DNA from: Catajapyx aquilonaris
Lineage: Eukaryota
Assembly: GCA_000934665.2 (NCBI GenBank)
Contig: JYFJ02000159.1
Coordinates: 62,001-126,000 of the forward strand
Direction of reading: 5' to 3'
Length of the DNA: 64,000 nt
A program made the position numbers and the translations under genes. This document shows, piece by piece, positions 27,701-42,200 of the stretch; position 1 is the first letter of the stretch; each line of letters begins with the position of its first letter. Below the pieces are notes generated by a model. It did no database searches. It was not told where the DNA came from and saw only the letters and a program-made list of their open reading frames with translations.

Positions 27701-29689
27701 TAGCATCAAAAATTTAATCAGATTCGGATTCTATACTTAACGGACCATGCAGCTGTGAAACTCATTAACAAAAACCACAAAAGAATGCGATAAAATTCAG
27801 GTAGAAGCAACGTGAACTAACGATCTGTTCACAGCCCGTACACCGACATCACTCAACCTCCGGTACATCAAAGAGCCGGTACACACACACACCCCGGTAC
27901 AGCGACATGCAAGTAAGCAGCATCTTCCGACAGCCGCAAAACCTCCGGAGCTGTATAGTTTTGACTTGCCCTCGCCATGTTTCCCCAGCAGTGGCAAGTT
28001 TGACCGCTAAACAAACAAAGCCGAAGACAACAAGGAAAGACTGCCGACGATTTTAATAGGGAGCCAGTCTGTCAAACAACCAGAGCTGCCGAGAAAGAGA
28101 GGGTTTGCTGAGGGAGAACTGTTGGAAGAAGAAGAGTGGTTGAGTCGTTGAAGAGATGAACTTGATGGACCATATGATTAGATGTCCGTATCCGGTCTGG
28201 CTCCGATCTCTTGATTTTTGGTGGATTTCTGTTGGAGGGATTTATACATGCAAAAGTATAGCAGCAGAGGCGTGGAGTGGGCATGTCGGAGGGGGGGTTG
28301 GATGGCCCCACCTGCCGTCGATTTGTTTTCGGGAGGCAGTCGGCGCCGTCGGGCCCATAATTTGGGCCGGCGGAAGCTGTCTCCCGGACCCTGCTGCCAA
28401 CCACTCTTTCAGGAGGGAATGCGGGGCAAATGGGCCTGCTGCCTGCCACTGGAAATGCTGCTCGGATCGCTACCAACCAGACCAAGATTAAGGGCTCCCG
28501 AGTGACGAGAGCATATGTTCATCGGGGAGGGCTTAATTTCAGCAAAGAATATCACGAAATGTCACACTAATTGAGAGTAACATTTGCACTACCAACTAGC
28601 AGAGGGTCGAATGGTAGGGTCATTTTCTTGAGTTTACTATACCCCCTGAGGTCTCTTCCCCTCCACAACCATAATCCCATGGATTATCCCTCCCTTCTTG
28701 GTATGTCTCAGAAAAAAATGAGACCAGACCCAAATGGACCACCCACGTCCAAACCAGAATTATGTACAAAATATAATTTCAAAATGATTCCGCAGTTAAA
28801 ATAATGCTGATGTTTCTTTTTGTTTCTATATATCCCAATGCACGTGCTTCTAGCTTCCAGCTGATGCCATTTGGCTTCAGTATCTTTCCTTGGACAAAAG
28901 ATATGGCTCAGCCAACATCTCTTGGCAACTAAACCACACACCTGTTTGCCTCGTCAAGTAGCATTAAATCTCGCGTCATTGATTCTAATGGGGCCTCAAA
29001 TTGGGGCCTTAAATGACTTCATTTATTTCCACTCTAGTTGAGCATCCCTTCATGTTAGGTGGCCAGAATTCTCCCTCCTCCACGCCTCCCCGTTCTTGGC
29101 AATGGGACAAGGGCTGGGGGTGGAAAAGGTTGGTGAAAATGATAAATTTGCTTGCAAATAGGCGAGTGTAAGAAAAACGCACCGAATGCAAAACAAGCTG
29201 TACAGTGATTTATTTGTGCTATGTATAGAAATCACAATATTCACAATCTTGAGGAAGTAATGCCAGTACTCGACATTACATGGAGAATAAAAATCCATAG
29301 GATCCCTTATTATCTACAAAACGGCATAATTCCTTACAAACAGTAAGACTGACTGGCGCTAGAAAAAGTACATACAGTGCCTCACACAAAATCACACAGT
29401 ATGCTTAAATCTAAAACAAATGCAGTAGATTGGAGGAGGACACAGCCATTCAGAAAAGAGGAACACATTGTTCACACCAAAAGACATTTTCACATGTTTC
29501 CAGATTGTGCTCCTGTACTTCAGGTATAAATAACTCTATATGGAATGACGAAGCAGAGCAAAATCACAGTCTATGCACGCTTGGCCCAATCGATGATAAT
29601 TATAAACTCTTCGCATTTAAATGTGGCCCCAAAAATTTTTATTGCTCTCAAAAAGCGTAGTAGCAAAAAATTTGCCAATAAATACTTGG

Positions 29690-33079
<3,390 letters not shown>

Positions 33080-33500
33080 CTTCTGCGTGCTCCACTCCTG
33101 CTCTAAGCCATGCCCCGCTCCATCTCAGGGCTGCACCTGAAGTGGAACCAGTGCAACTTCAACGTGCTTCATACGAGGCCGTTCCCCCTTACGACCATTT
33201 AAAAAAAAAAAGGAGGAAAAAAAAAAGAAGTGGTGCAAAGTGCGGTTACATAAAAGAGAGTGGACGTGTAGGCACATCTGCCACCTGCCATATCAGCAAC
33301 GATGACGGTAGTTGACACTGTCGGTATATGGACTCCAAAATTCAGCCATTTAACTACAAGCCGTTGTCAAATCGCTCATTAGCATTAAAGCGGAGCATGT
33401 AATTAGAACTAATTGCCATTTATTTAAATTGAGATTAAATTACGAGGCGGATTGACGAATATGTGAGCACCCTCGTGACGTCACATGCGCCGCCTTGAAT
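33080..33500. promoter_or_regulatory. Bidirectional promoter between SLC35E2 and MRPS22 with a CRE palindrome
   Basis: Head-to-head start codons about 420-455 bp apart. Perfect GTGACGTCAC at 33475-33484. Confidence 0.55.
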
Positions 33501-35549
33501 ATGTGTGCAACTAAGCTAGGCGTGCACGGAAAAATGCTGTCCAGGTTAAAACACGTGTTGTCCGGATTCAATCTGGTCGTCCGACACGGGTTTTTGGAAG
33601 TCGGACAGGTTGGAAAAGGAGTCATCAGACCATGCTCCACCGAAGCAGCCAAAGCACAAGGTAAATTATCCAGCCATTTGAATGCAAAAAGGATTCACTT
33701 CATATTATGAAGGTGACAATTGTTTTTTTCTGACAGGTGTGACGGCTTTATTTGTGGACGAGAGGGTGCAGGTAATACTGCGGCGTCTGACAGGACTCGA
33801 TCTGAAGAAGGTCTACAGGAAGAAGAATCTGGAGGGACAGCTGCAAGCTCCCAAATATGAGTTCATGACCCAGGAGCAACTCAACCAGGTGAAAAGACAT
33901 GCCGCGGTTCAAAGTTGCTTAGGGGGGAAATTATTTAAAAATACAGTAGACCGGTCGGAACACAATAAAGGTCGGATCAGCCGAGGAGCAAAGAAAACTT
34001 TAATGAAACACAACAAAAAAGGGGCTTTCAGCAAACGTAAAAGTACCCAAAAAACATGAAATTACGTACAGTATTAAGCTGCGTTTACATGTTAGCAATT
34101 TGACAAGCGAATGTGGTAACATCACTGAGTAACCCATGTAACCATTATTGTTTGAGGCGACACCTCAAACAATACTGGTTACTTCGCTTGTCAATTCGCT
34201 CACATGTAAATGCGGCTTTATGATGTTCCAATCAATAGTGAAGTAAGTATCTTTTACATACCCACTCTGCCCCCGAATACCCTGTAAAGGGTGGCAAGGG
34301 ATACTTTAAAAAATAAAAATAAAAACATACCCACTCTTCTGCACTGTATTTACCAGGCAATACAAAACAAATGCATGGTAAATTACAGTATTTGATCTGA
34401 AAAAAATTGATTTATTGTTGCAGTGAAACGGTTGGATAAACAGAAGTCGGATAATCGGGGTTCTACTGTAATGGCCAGTTGGTATTACTCTTCAATTGAC
34501 GTAATGTAGCTCTGAAACTTCATGTGTATCAATTGCAGAGTCTGAAAGAGGCTGAGGAAAAGTCAAAGGAGAAGCTGCAGATGCCGCCTGTGCTGGAGGA
34601 GAGACGACCCATTAACCATGTCATATGCGAAGACCCCGAATTAATTGGTTATGATACGTCCAATTTTGTCTTCGTTGACATCAACTATTCGATTTCTGAT
34701 AGGGTAAAATTGTCATAATGTGGTGGTGGATCTTATGTGGTACAAGTATTGATTTTTCATACAACCTGCAGAAACGAACAATCGTCGTGCGTGAGCAGGA
34801 TGGTACTTTAAGGAAGGCGACGTGGGAGGAGAGGGATAAAATGAATCAGATATATTTTCCAAAGCCTGGAAGGAAGCTCATCATGCCTTCTATGTTTGAA
34901 GATGAGATGTTGCAGGTAGAGGCATTGCTTAACAGCTGCTGACTCTTTCTGTGACAGTAGGAGGGGCTATTTCTACTCGCTTGCATCTCAGTGGTTTACA
35001 GGAATTATGTAGTTTCATTTTTATTGCAGGAAGTGTTGGAGAGGCAAGAGTATGAGTTCATACTGGACAGGGCATGTGCACAATTTGAACCAGATGAGCC
35101 TAATTACATTCGAGTGACTCGTAAGACATATGATCACATTGACGCCAAGGGTCATTATGATGTGCTGTCATCCACTCGGCATTATGGACCAATGGTCTTC
35201 TGCCTTGTAATGAAGAAAAGCATTGACAACCTTCTTATACATTACATACACGCTGGCAGGTATGTATCAAAATCACGTGGCGTCAAATTGATGTACTGAT
35301 GTAATTTATTGCTTCAGGCTTGAAGATGCATCAGAACTGATTTGGCTCTTCACAATACTCCATTCGGATTGTAAGACTGTAAAAGCTTTGACGGGTGACC
35401 AGAGTGCAATCCAAGTGATGACTACATTCATGGAAAATGACTCGCAGAAGAAAGATGCGCTGGAATTATCTATCCAGGCTCAGATGGAGTTGCAGAAGCA
35501 GAAGGCAGAGGTAGAGCAAGGAATACGCAAAGCGCATGGTCATGGGTAG
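33501..35549 (+). CDS. MRPS22: Mitochondrial 28S ribosomal protein S22. Exons about 33501(or 33534)-33660, 33737-33888, 34539-34702, 34771-34915, 35030-35259, 35318-35549
   Basis: Motifs FVDERVQVILRRLTGLDL, APKYEFMT, KLQMPPVLEER, FVFVDINYSISDR, IVVREQDGTLRKATWEERDKMNQIYFPKPGR, ILDRACAQFEPD and LSSTRHYGPM. Ends GIRKAHGHG*. Confidence 0.92.
33944..34468. mobile_element. Degenerate pogo/Tigger-like MITE in MRPS22 intron 2
   Basis: TA|CAGTAGA..GTCGG ... CGGATAATCGGGGTTCTACTG|TA termini. Confidence 0.5.
34077..34217. mobile_element. PIF/Harbinger (Tourist-like) foldback MITE nested in the element above
   Basis: TTA|AGCTGCGTTTACATG ... CATGTAAATGCGGCT|TTA with a TTA duplication. Nearly palindromic throughout, with central hairpin ATTGTTTGAGG-CGACA-CCTCAAACAAT. 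Confidence 0.75.
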
Positions 35550-36127
35550 TTATGCAAGTGATGTCTGTATGTAATCTTATGTTTATTAAAATAGCTTTTT
35601 TCATTACAAAACACTTACTGTTGGTATACAAAAGTTGTCTGGTAAAACATGCATATTTATGGTCACTTGATATTTGATCTTGTACCAAAGCAAGCAAACA
35701 GAAGGTGCTTGCCAACAAAATGTCATAGGAAGATTAATATACATCACTGAAGGGGAAGCTAATGAAGAAAAAATTAACTCCTAGGCTACTCTGACTTCTA
35801 CTCTGTCAGTGGAGCAATCACAATAGAATCAGACAATTGCAATAAATCCATTCCTGTCATGTTTAACAAATTGTGTGGCCACTGGTAACTGCATCGTTAT
35901 GGAGTGAAAAGGTATGGCACACAATACTCGTATATTGGTATTATCTGCAACACTTTGTTCGTTTAATAACATCACAGGGCTCTAAATACCTTGCATCATT
36001 TCAGTAGAATCGATCTCGGAAGAAGCTAACAATTATTACAGTATGCATAATTATATTGAAGCAAGAGCTCTTGATTGAAGGAGCTAATCTGGTATATGTT
36101 ATTCATGCCTAGTGCCTTCAATATAAT

Positions 36128-36198
36128 ATAACCACATATTCACAATCTCACATCTGGTATGTGTTATTCATGCCGTGAGATTGTGAATATGTAGTTAT
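36128..36198. repeat. 24-bp inverted repeat (1 mismatch) with a 23-nt loop
   Basis: ATAACCACATATTCACAATCTCAC / GTGAGATTGTGAATATGTAGTTAT. The loop is a copy of 36087-36109. Confidence 0.8.
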
Positions 36199-36475
36199 TG
36201 ATCAATTCGCAGTCGTTTTATGGCACAAATTCAGCGCATGACATGCAGTAGTGTTATTAGAGGAGAATGATTTGAAGGGATGCACTGTGGAAGTTCCAAG
36301 AAGACTTTCAAATTGAAAATTGCAACAAACTCTTTTGCTCACTTTGTTATTTGACTTGAAAATAATTAAAACTGTTGAGTCCGGGGAAGCATTGGAAAGA
36401 CAGACTGGCAGTACTGCTCCAGAATATACAAAATGTATGTTTGAGTCCAGTTTGTATGATTGAGCCCAGTTTTGG

Positions 36476-38481
36476 TCATGGACTTACAGTAGCTGCAATA
36501 GGCTCTTCACTATCAGTAGAAAGCAAGCTCCGACGCTTCTTAGGCTCTTCCCTATTGGTAGGAATAAAACTCCGACGCTTCCTCCTTCCTCTCTTCCTCG
36601 TTGTAAAATGAGATGGCATGGTATCCCTGGCAATATCTATGTACTCTCTAGGTACTGCCCAGTCTAGGAATCGCAGGTAGAGGTGACACAAGACAACCAC
36701 CAGCATAAACAACTTTCCTACAAGACTACCGCATTTGAGGTACAGTCTTACTGGAGGCAGTGGGAGAAGTGAGGACATGTCCTCCTGCGACCCAGAGACA
36801 ACTGAATAATGTTCAATCTCAGTTTCCATTTTGACTGAGTCGTACACAGCCTGGGTGCGTCTTGCAACCTCTCCCCAGTTATATGCAGAGGCCACACGCG
36901 CATGAGCTTCCTCAGGTGGGACGGCCAGTCCATAAAGCTTGGTAGCAATGGCTTGCTCTAAGGCAGCTACCAGCGAGGGGACGTCAGGTTCTGACAGCAA
37001 CATCAAGTCAGGAGGGAGGACTTCAGGGATGCCACCCACCCTAGTAGTCACCACCTGCAGGCTGAAGAGCACGGGCAGGTCAAATAAACTAGGCAACAAC
37101 CTTCCATAAGTTACATGTACTAACCCACAGCAGACAGCTTCAACTATCGCCATGCAATAGGCCTCTGTGAGCGAAGTGTTGAGAAAGATGTCTCCTTTGA
37201 CTAGCACATTTCTGACTTGTGCATGCTCAAGCTGCCCCAGAAGCACGACACGGTCTTGAAGCCCAAGCCTTTCACGCACCTCCTCCAGAAGCACACGTTT
37301 AGGACCATCTCCACCAATTAGGAAGTGAACAGACTTGTATCTTGAGCAAATCTCAGGGATAACACCAGCCATCAAATCCACTCCTTTTCGGTACACCAGG
37401 CGGCTCACTATCACTATCGTGGCTGCTCGAAATAAATTCATTTCATGAGAAAGCGGTTTCTCTTTTGTAGCTGATGCAAATTCATACTTCTAGTTGGGTC
37501 CCTCTGAGATGGATCAGGTGTGAACATGGTGGCATCTACAGCATTTGGGATCACAGAAACCATGTCAGATCGCACTCTGGCTCGCATGACAGTATTCTCC
37601 TTCCTGATATTGGGAAAAAAAACAGTTGTTGAGCAATCATTATTAGTAGTTCAATAGTTGACGGCACTGAAACTTACCCAATATGTGAGACACAAATGCA
37701 GTGATTACACACAACCAGGGAGAGCTCCAGGAATTTGTTCGTGATAACAGCGGAAGCATCAGCAAAGCCAAACAGGGAGTGATCTGTGAACACATTCTTT
37801 GAAGGTGTAACGATCAGTACAATTAATCCAATTTGTTTTTATGGTTATACACTGAGCTGGTTTATGGAGAGTGGATCAAGCCATGTAAAAATTGAATTAT
37901 TGTAACTGTTAATCATCCTCTGATCCCCTCACCTAAGCATAAAAACCAAGCATGACTTGTACCTTCAGTCCTAAAAGCCGAGCAATAAACATAGTTTCAT
38001 GAGCCAGTGTAGAGAAGGCTGAATGTCCGTGCACAATAGTGATCCTCTCTCTGAGAAGCACATATCGTATGAGCGGAAGTGAGCAAACCATCGTTGGAAG
38101 GATGCTCTGGTTGTAGAAGACCTTAATCGGGAGGTAGTACACCTTCAGGCCTTGGGTCATGTAACGGACACCCACCCTGTCCCCGTAGCTATGGGTCAAA
38201 ATGATGACCTTATGACCCAGGGACAACAGACACTGGGACAGCTGGAAAAGATGCTCTTCAACTCCGCCCATGTTCGGGTAAAAGAAATCTGATGCCATGC
38301 TGTAACAATACATATATTCCATGAGTACACCAAATTCCTTTATGATACACCATACCTCAATTATGTCTAATATAATGACTCGTGTAATTAAATGTTCCCT
38401 GAATGACCCCACCCTTTAATATTCCATACAGAGGTAAGCGACCTTCAGTCCTGGCGAACCGTACCATATTCGGTGCCTCAT
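36476..38481 (-). CDS. PIGA: Phosphatidylinositol N-acetylglucosaminyltransferase subunit A (GPI-GnT catalytic subunit)
   Basis: A 17-nt first coding exon (38481-38465, MRHRI-C) splices to [16 protein letters not shown]. Further motifs: [68 protein letters not shown], plus a C-terminal TM segment. Confidence 0.95.
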
Positions 38482-39200
38482 TTCTTCCGCTTCCTTCTGA
38501 GTCTCCTCTTGTCCGGCGTCATCTGCAGCGGGGCAAACTCCTGCTGTGTTCTCGTCTTGTTGTTATTTGGACGACATGTTTTTCACTTGAATGTGGGCGC
38601 AGACATATTTCATGCCGGGAATGGACGCTGCCATCTTGGAGCTCCGTACTGTAGCAACATTCAATTATTTAGGAAATATGTCTCATTTAATGAAATTAAA
38701 ATTGCGAATTTGTCAATGTCTCTGTTTTCAAATCAAAAGACAGCCGTTTTCACATTCAACATGCTGTAGCCCCACGCATGCGCACTGTAAAAAAAACCCG
38801 CTCCAATGTACCCAACCCCTTCCCAGTGCAACAATCGCACCGTATCCAACCACCCTTCGACGAACCGTATCCACATCCGGACTATGTGGTCGAAATGAAC
38901 CACGAAGAGGCCTATTCGGGGATAAACTGGTACCGTGGTACGACTCCCCGGGCAAAGGGTCGTCCAGGCTCATTGATCCGAATGTAGTCGGGCCTTGAGT
39001 GGTGTGGGCGGCGCAGGCACACACACACCAAGAGGCGAGGAGGGTCCGGTCGGCAGGGGGGGGATTAGAGAAGATCAGAAGAGGAGGAGGAGGACTCTCT
39101 CTCCCTCCCGTGCAAAAAGGGAGGAGGAGGAACAACCAGGAGAAGAAGTTGCCCCCACCAGCTCCGAAGCGGGGGAGGAGGCACCACAATAAGGGAGGAG
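38482..39200. promoter_or_regulatory. Bidirectional promoter and 5' UTRs of PIG-A and NEURL4
   Basis: Divergent ATGs 720 bp apart in CpG-rich sequence. YY1/Pho-like GCCATCTTG at about 38630 and NRF1/Ewg-like CGCATGCGCA at 38775-38784. Confidence 0.5.
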
Positions 39201-42200
39201 ATGACGGAAGCCAGCTTCCATCGTCGATGCGGGAGCCGAGTGACCCTGGCCAACGGGAACAGGACTGCGGTCAGGAACTACGCCTCCCAGGAGTTCAACT
39301 ACGGACTGGTCATCAGCAGCAACCCACTTGTAGACAACCATGTCTTCGAGGTCAAGATTGACAAAAAGGTAGATCGGTGGACACTCACTCCTGAAGGAGG
39401 TGACAGGCTGAGAGGACAATGACAGTTTACACTTAGGCATATGACCAAAAAAAAAGTAAACGGAAGGAATAGGCATGTCCATTTCCCCCCCTGTTTGTCC
39501 CTGGCACTTGTATGGCCACGTACAGAGCAATTTGTGCTGAGGTAATCCTCAACCTTGAAAGTTCTAAGTGAGTGTGAGTTTACCTTGCTGCGTGCAGAGC
39601 AAGACCATATTATGTGCGGCAGAAACTTGTTGCATAAGCTGATGGCTAATATGGCGGTGTGTTGCCAAGACTGTTGTCCTGTAATTGACATTAATTGTCA
39701 GATGCAGGATACCTATCAAACCATACAGTCACAAATAATATCAATCGCAGTAATTTGTCACATTGTTCGTACAAGATAAAAATCTGGAGGGTTCTCCTGT
39801 GGAAGAAAAAATAAATTTCTAAAAGTATGTAAGAATTAGTTTCCATTTAATATTGAGTTTTTGATTGGGAATTTATGCACAATTAAATTATTGATGAAGA
39901 ACACTGCACAGCAGTGGTATACCAGGATTTTCTTGGCAATAACTCAGTAGCTTATTCATATTATGATAATCCCATTACGTTCTCATTATTTGAATAAGCA
40001 AGCGTCTTTGATTTTCGTGTGGAGCAGTTCGTGTCATTATGCAGCCTTGAAATTGTGATGATGTAATTATTATTTTTTTGTAGGTGAACTCTTGGAGTGG
40101 AAGCATTGAAATTGGAGTGACCACGTGTGACCCAAACACGTTTGAGTTCCCATCAAGTGCAACAGATCTGCGCGAAGGATCATGGGTAAAAGGATTGTCA
40201 TCTATTGACAGGAATAAGTGACAGGACAAAATTGTTTGATTATGCTTGACCTTCAGATAATGTCGGGGAATTCAATCATCAAAGACGGGAGGTCAATAGT
40301 GGAGAATTATGGCACTGATTTGGACAAACTTGGAGAAGGAGACAGAGTTGGTGTTATGAAGAGTTCATGTGTAAGATGATTTTTAATACTTTTTAGGTAA
40401 TTAAGAGTATGTACATTAATTTTGTCGATTCTTATTTTAGGGTGAACTAATGTTTTATGTGAATGGGATATCACAAGGGGTTGGAGTTACGGGTATTCCT
40501 GAGAGGGTTTTTGCTGTGGTGGATTTGTATGGAAAATGTGCGCAAGTGACGGTTGTTGACAGTTTGGCACAAGAACCACGTACGTACATTGATATTTTCA
40601 AATTAAGACTGACACTAGACAGTAGCTAATATTTGCATCGAAACTTTCTTTGCTATTTGCATGTAAATATGATCACAGTAATTTCATCACTGTTGACTTG
40701 TTTGTAGCTAGTGGTATATGTAGTAATATATTTGAAGGTGCAAGTGTTAAACTATATGTACGTGCTGTACTTTTCAATTGATAGTCATATTTAAATACTG
40801 CATGTACAGCAGATGCAATTATCTGATAATATACGCAAACTTTAAACTGCTAAGTAACATAATTATTCATTGTATTCTCTCTACACAAAATACAGGCCCA
40901 TGCTCATCTACAGCTGAACCAAACATCACTACAAATGACAATGCCATAATAGCTGCTTCATACACCAACAACAACTTGAACAATACCTCTACTAGTACTA
41001 ACAACAATAATAATAGCAATGCTGCCATTGCTCTTGACAAGCTCCGGTTTCATGAGCGTTGTGGATCCCTAGTGAAGCTCTCCAACAACAGCAGAACAGC
41101 TGAGCGACGGCGACCTTTAGATGAATTCAACAATGGTGTGGTGATGACACACCGAGCTCTTCGTGACAACGAACTGTTTGAGATTAGGATAGACCGTCTC
41201 GTTGGGAAATGGTCAGGCAGCATTGAGGTGGGAGTGACCACTCATAATCCTTCGTTACTCGAGTTTCCAGCAACTATGACCAACATGAGGAGTGGGACTA
41301 CAATGATGTCAGGGTGTGTAGTCCCTTTCATAATTATATTGATCAGCACTTTTGCAAGTAGAATTTGAGTACCAGAAGGAAGGAGGAAGGAAATCCAGAT
41401 AAATCATCACGCTGCAGAACAGTCTTGAGAAGGGTCAAGGCCGGAAGGGAATGAGGGCTAGGGCCAGACCAGTGCAGCTGATTGTAGTTTATTTTCTGAG
41501 ATTGCACTAGGAGAGGTTATTGTGAGATTGTGTTTACTGCATCACTCTAAATTTAGCCCTTTAGTTTTATTCATTTTAAGAATGAGTCATCAGTACATAA
41601 AGCTATTCATTGGCTGACTCAGTTACTTGCACTTCCAATATTGAATTGGCTGCAGGTTCTAATGCTTGCACTGATAAATATTCTCAAAAACAGTCTCTTT
41701 AGGTGATGAAGTCAATTTCTTCACACTGTACGCCATATAAAACCCATCAACTTGTTGTTTGCAGCAGTATACATATGGTATTTCATGTCATTTTTCCATC
41801 CATCAGGTGTGGGATACTTACCAATGGCAAGGGGACTCGCAGAGAGTATGGGGAATTCAACCTGGATGAGCTGACTGAAGGGGACCGGATTGGAATGATG
41901 CGCAAGACTAATGGGAACCTTCACTACTTCATAAATGGGCTAGACCAAGGGGTGGCTTCAACTAAAGTGGCACAAGCAGTGTGGGGGGTTGTGGACCTGT
42001 ATGGGATGACCGTCAAAGTGACCATTGTGGACCGGGATGAGAGGGAGGAGCACAACCTCATCACCAGGCGTAACATGGGTGCTCAGGAGTTCAGGCAGGC
42101 CACCAGGCTCAACGGTAGGCCACACATTCACCGTATACTCCCACAGAATTGCCTGGTACTTCAATATGCCAGGATATGATTCAGTTGATTGAATGACATT

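Noticed and set aside
27790..28510. GC-rich stretch with 95-137 aa ORFs upstream of FoxL2
   Set aside because: No recognisable domains or consistent splice structure. It may be a decayed repeat or regulatory DNA.
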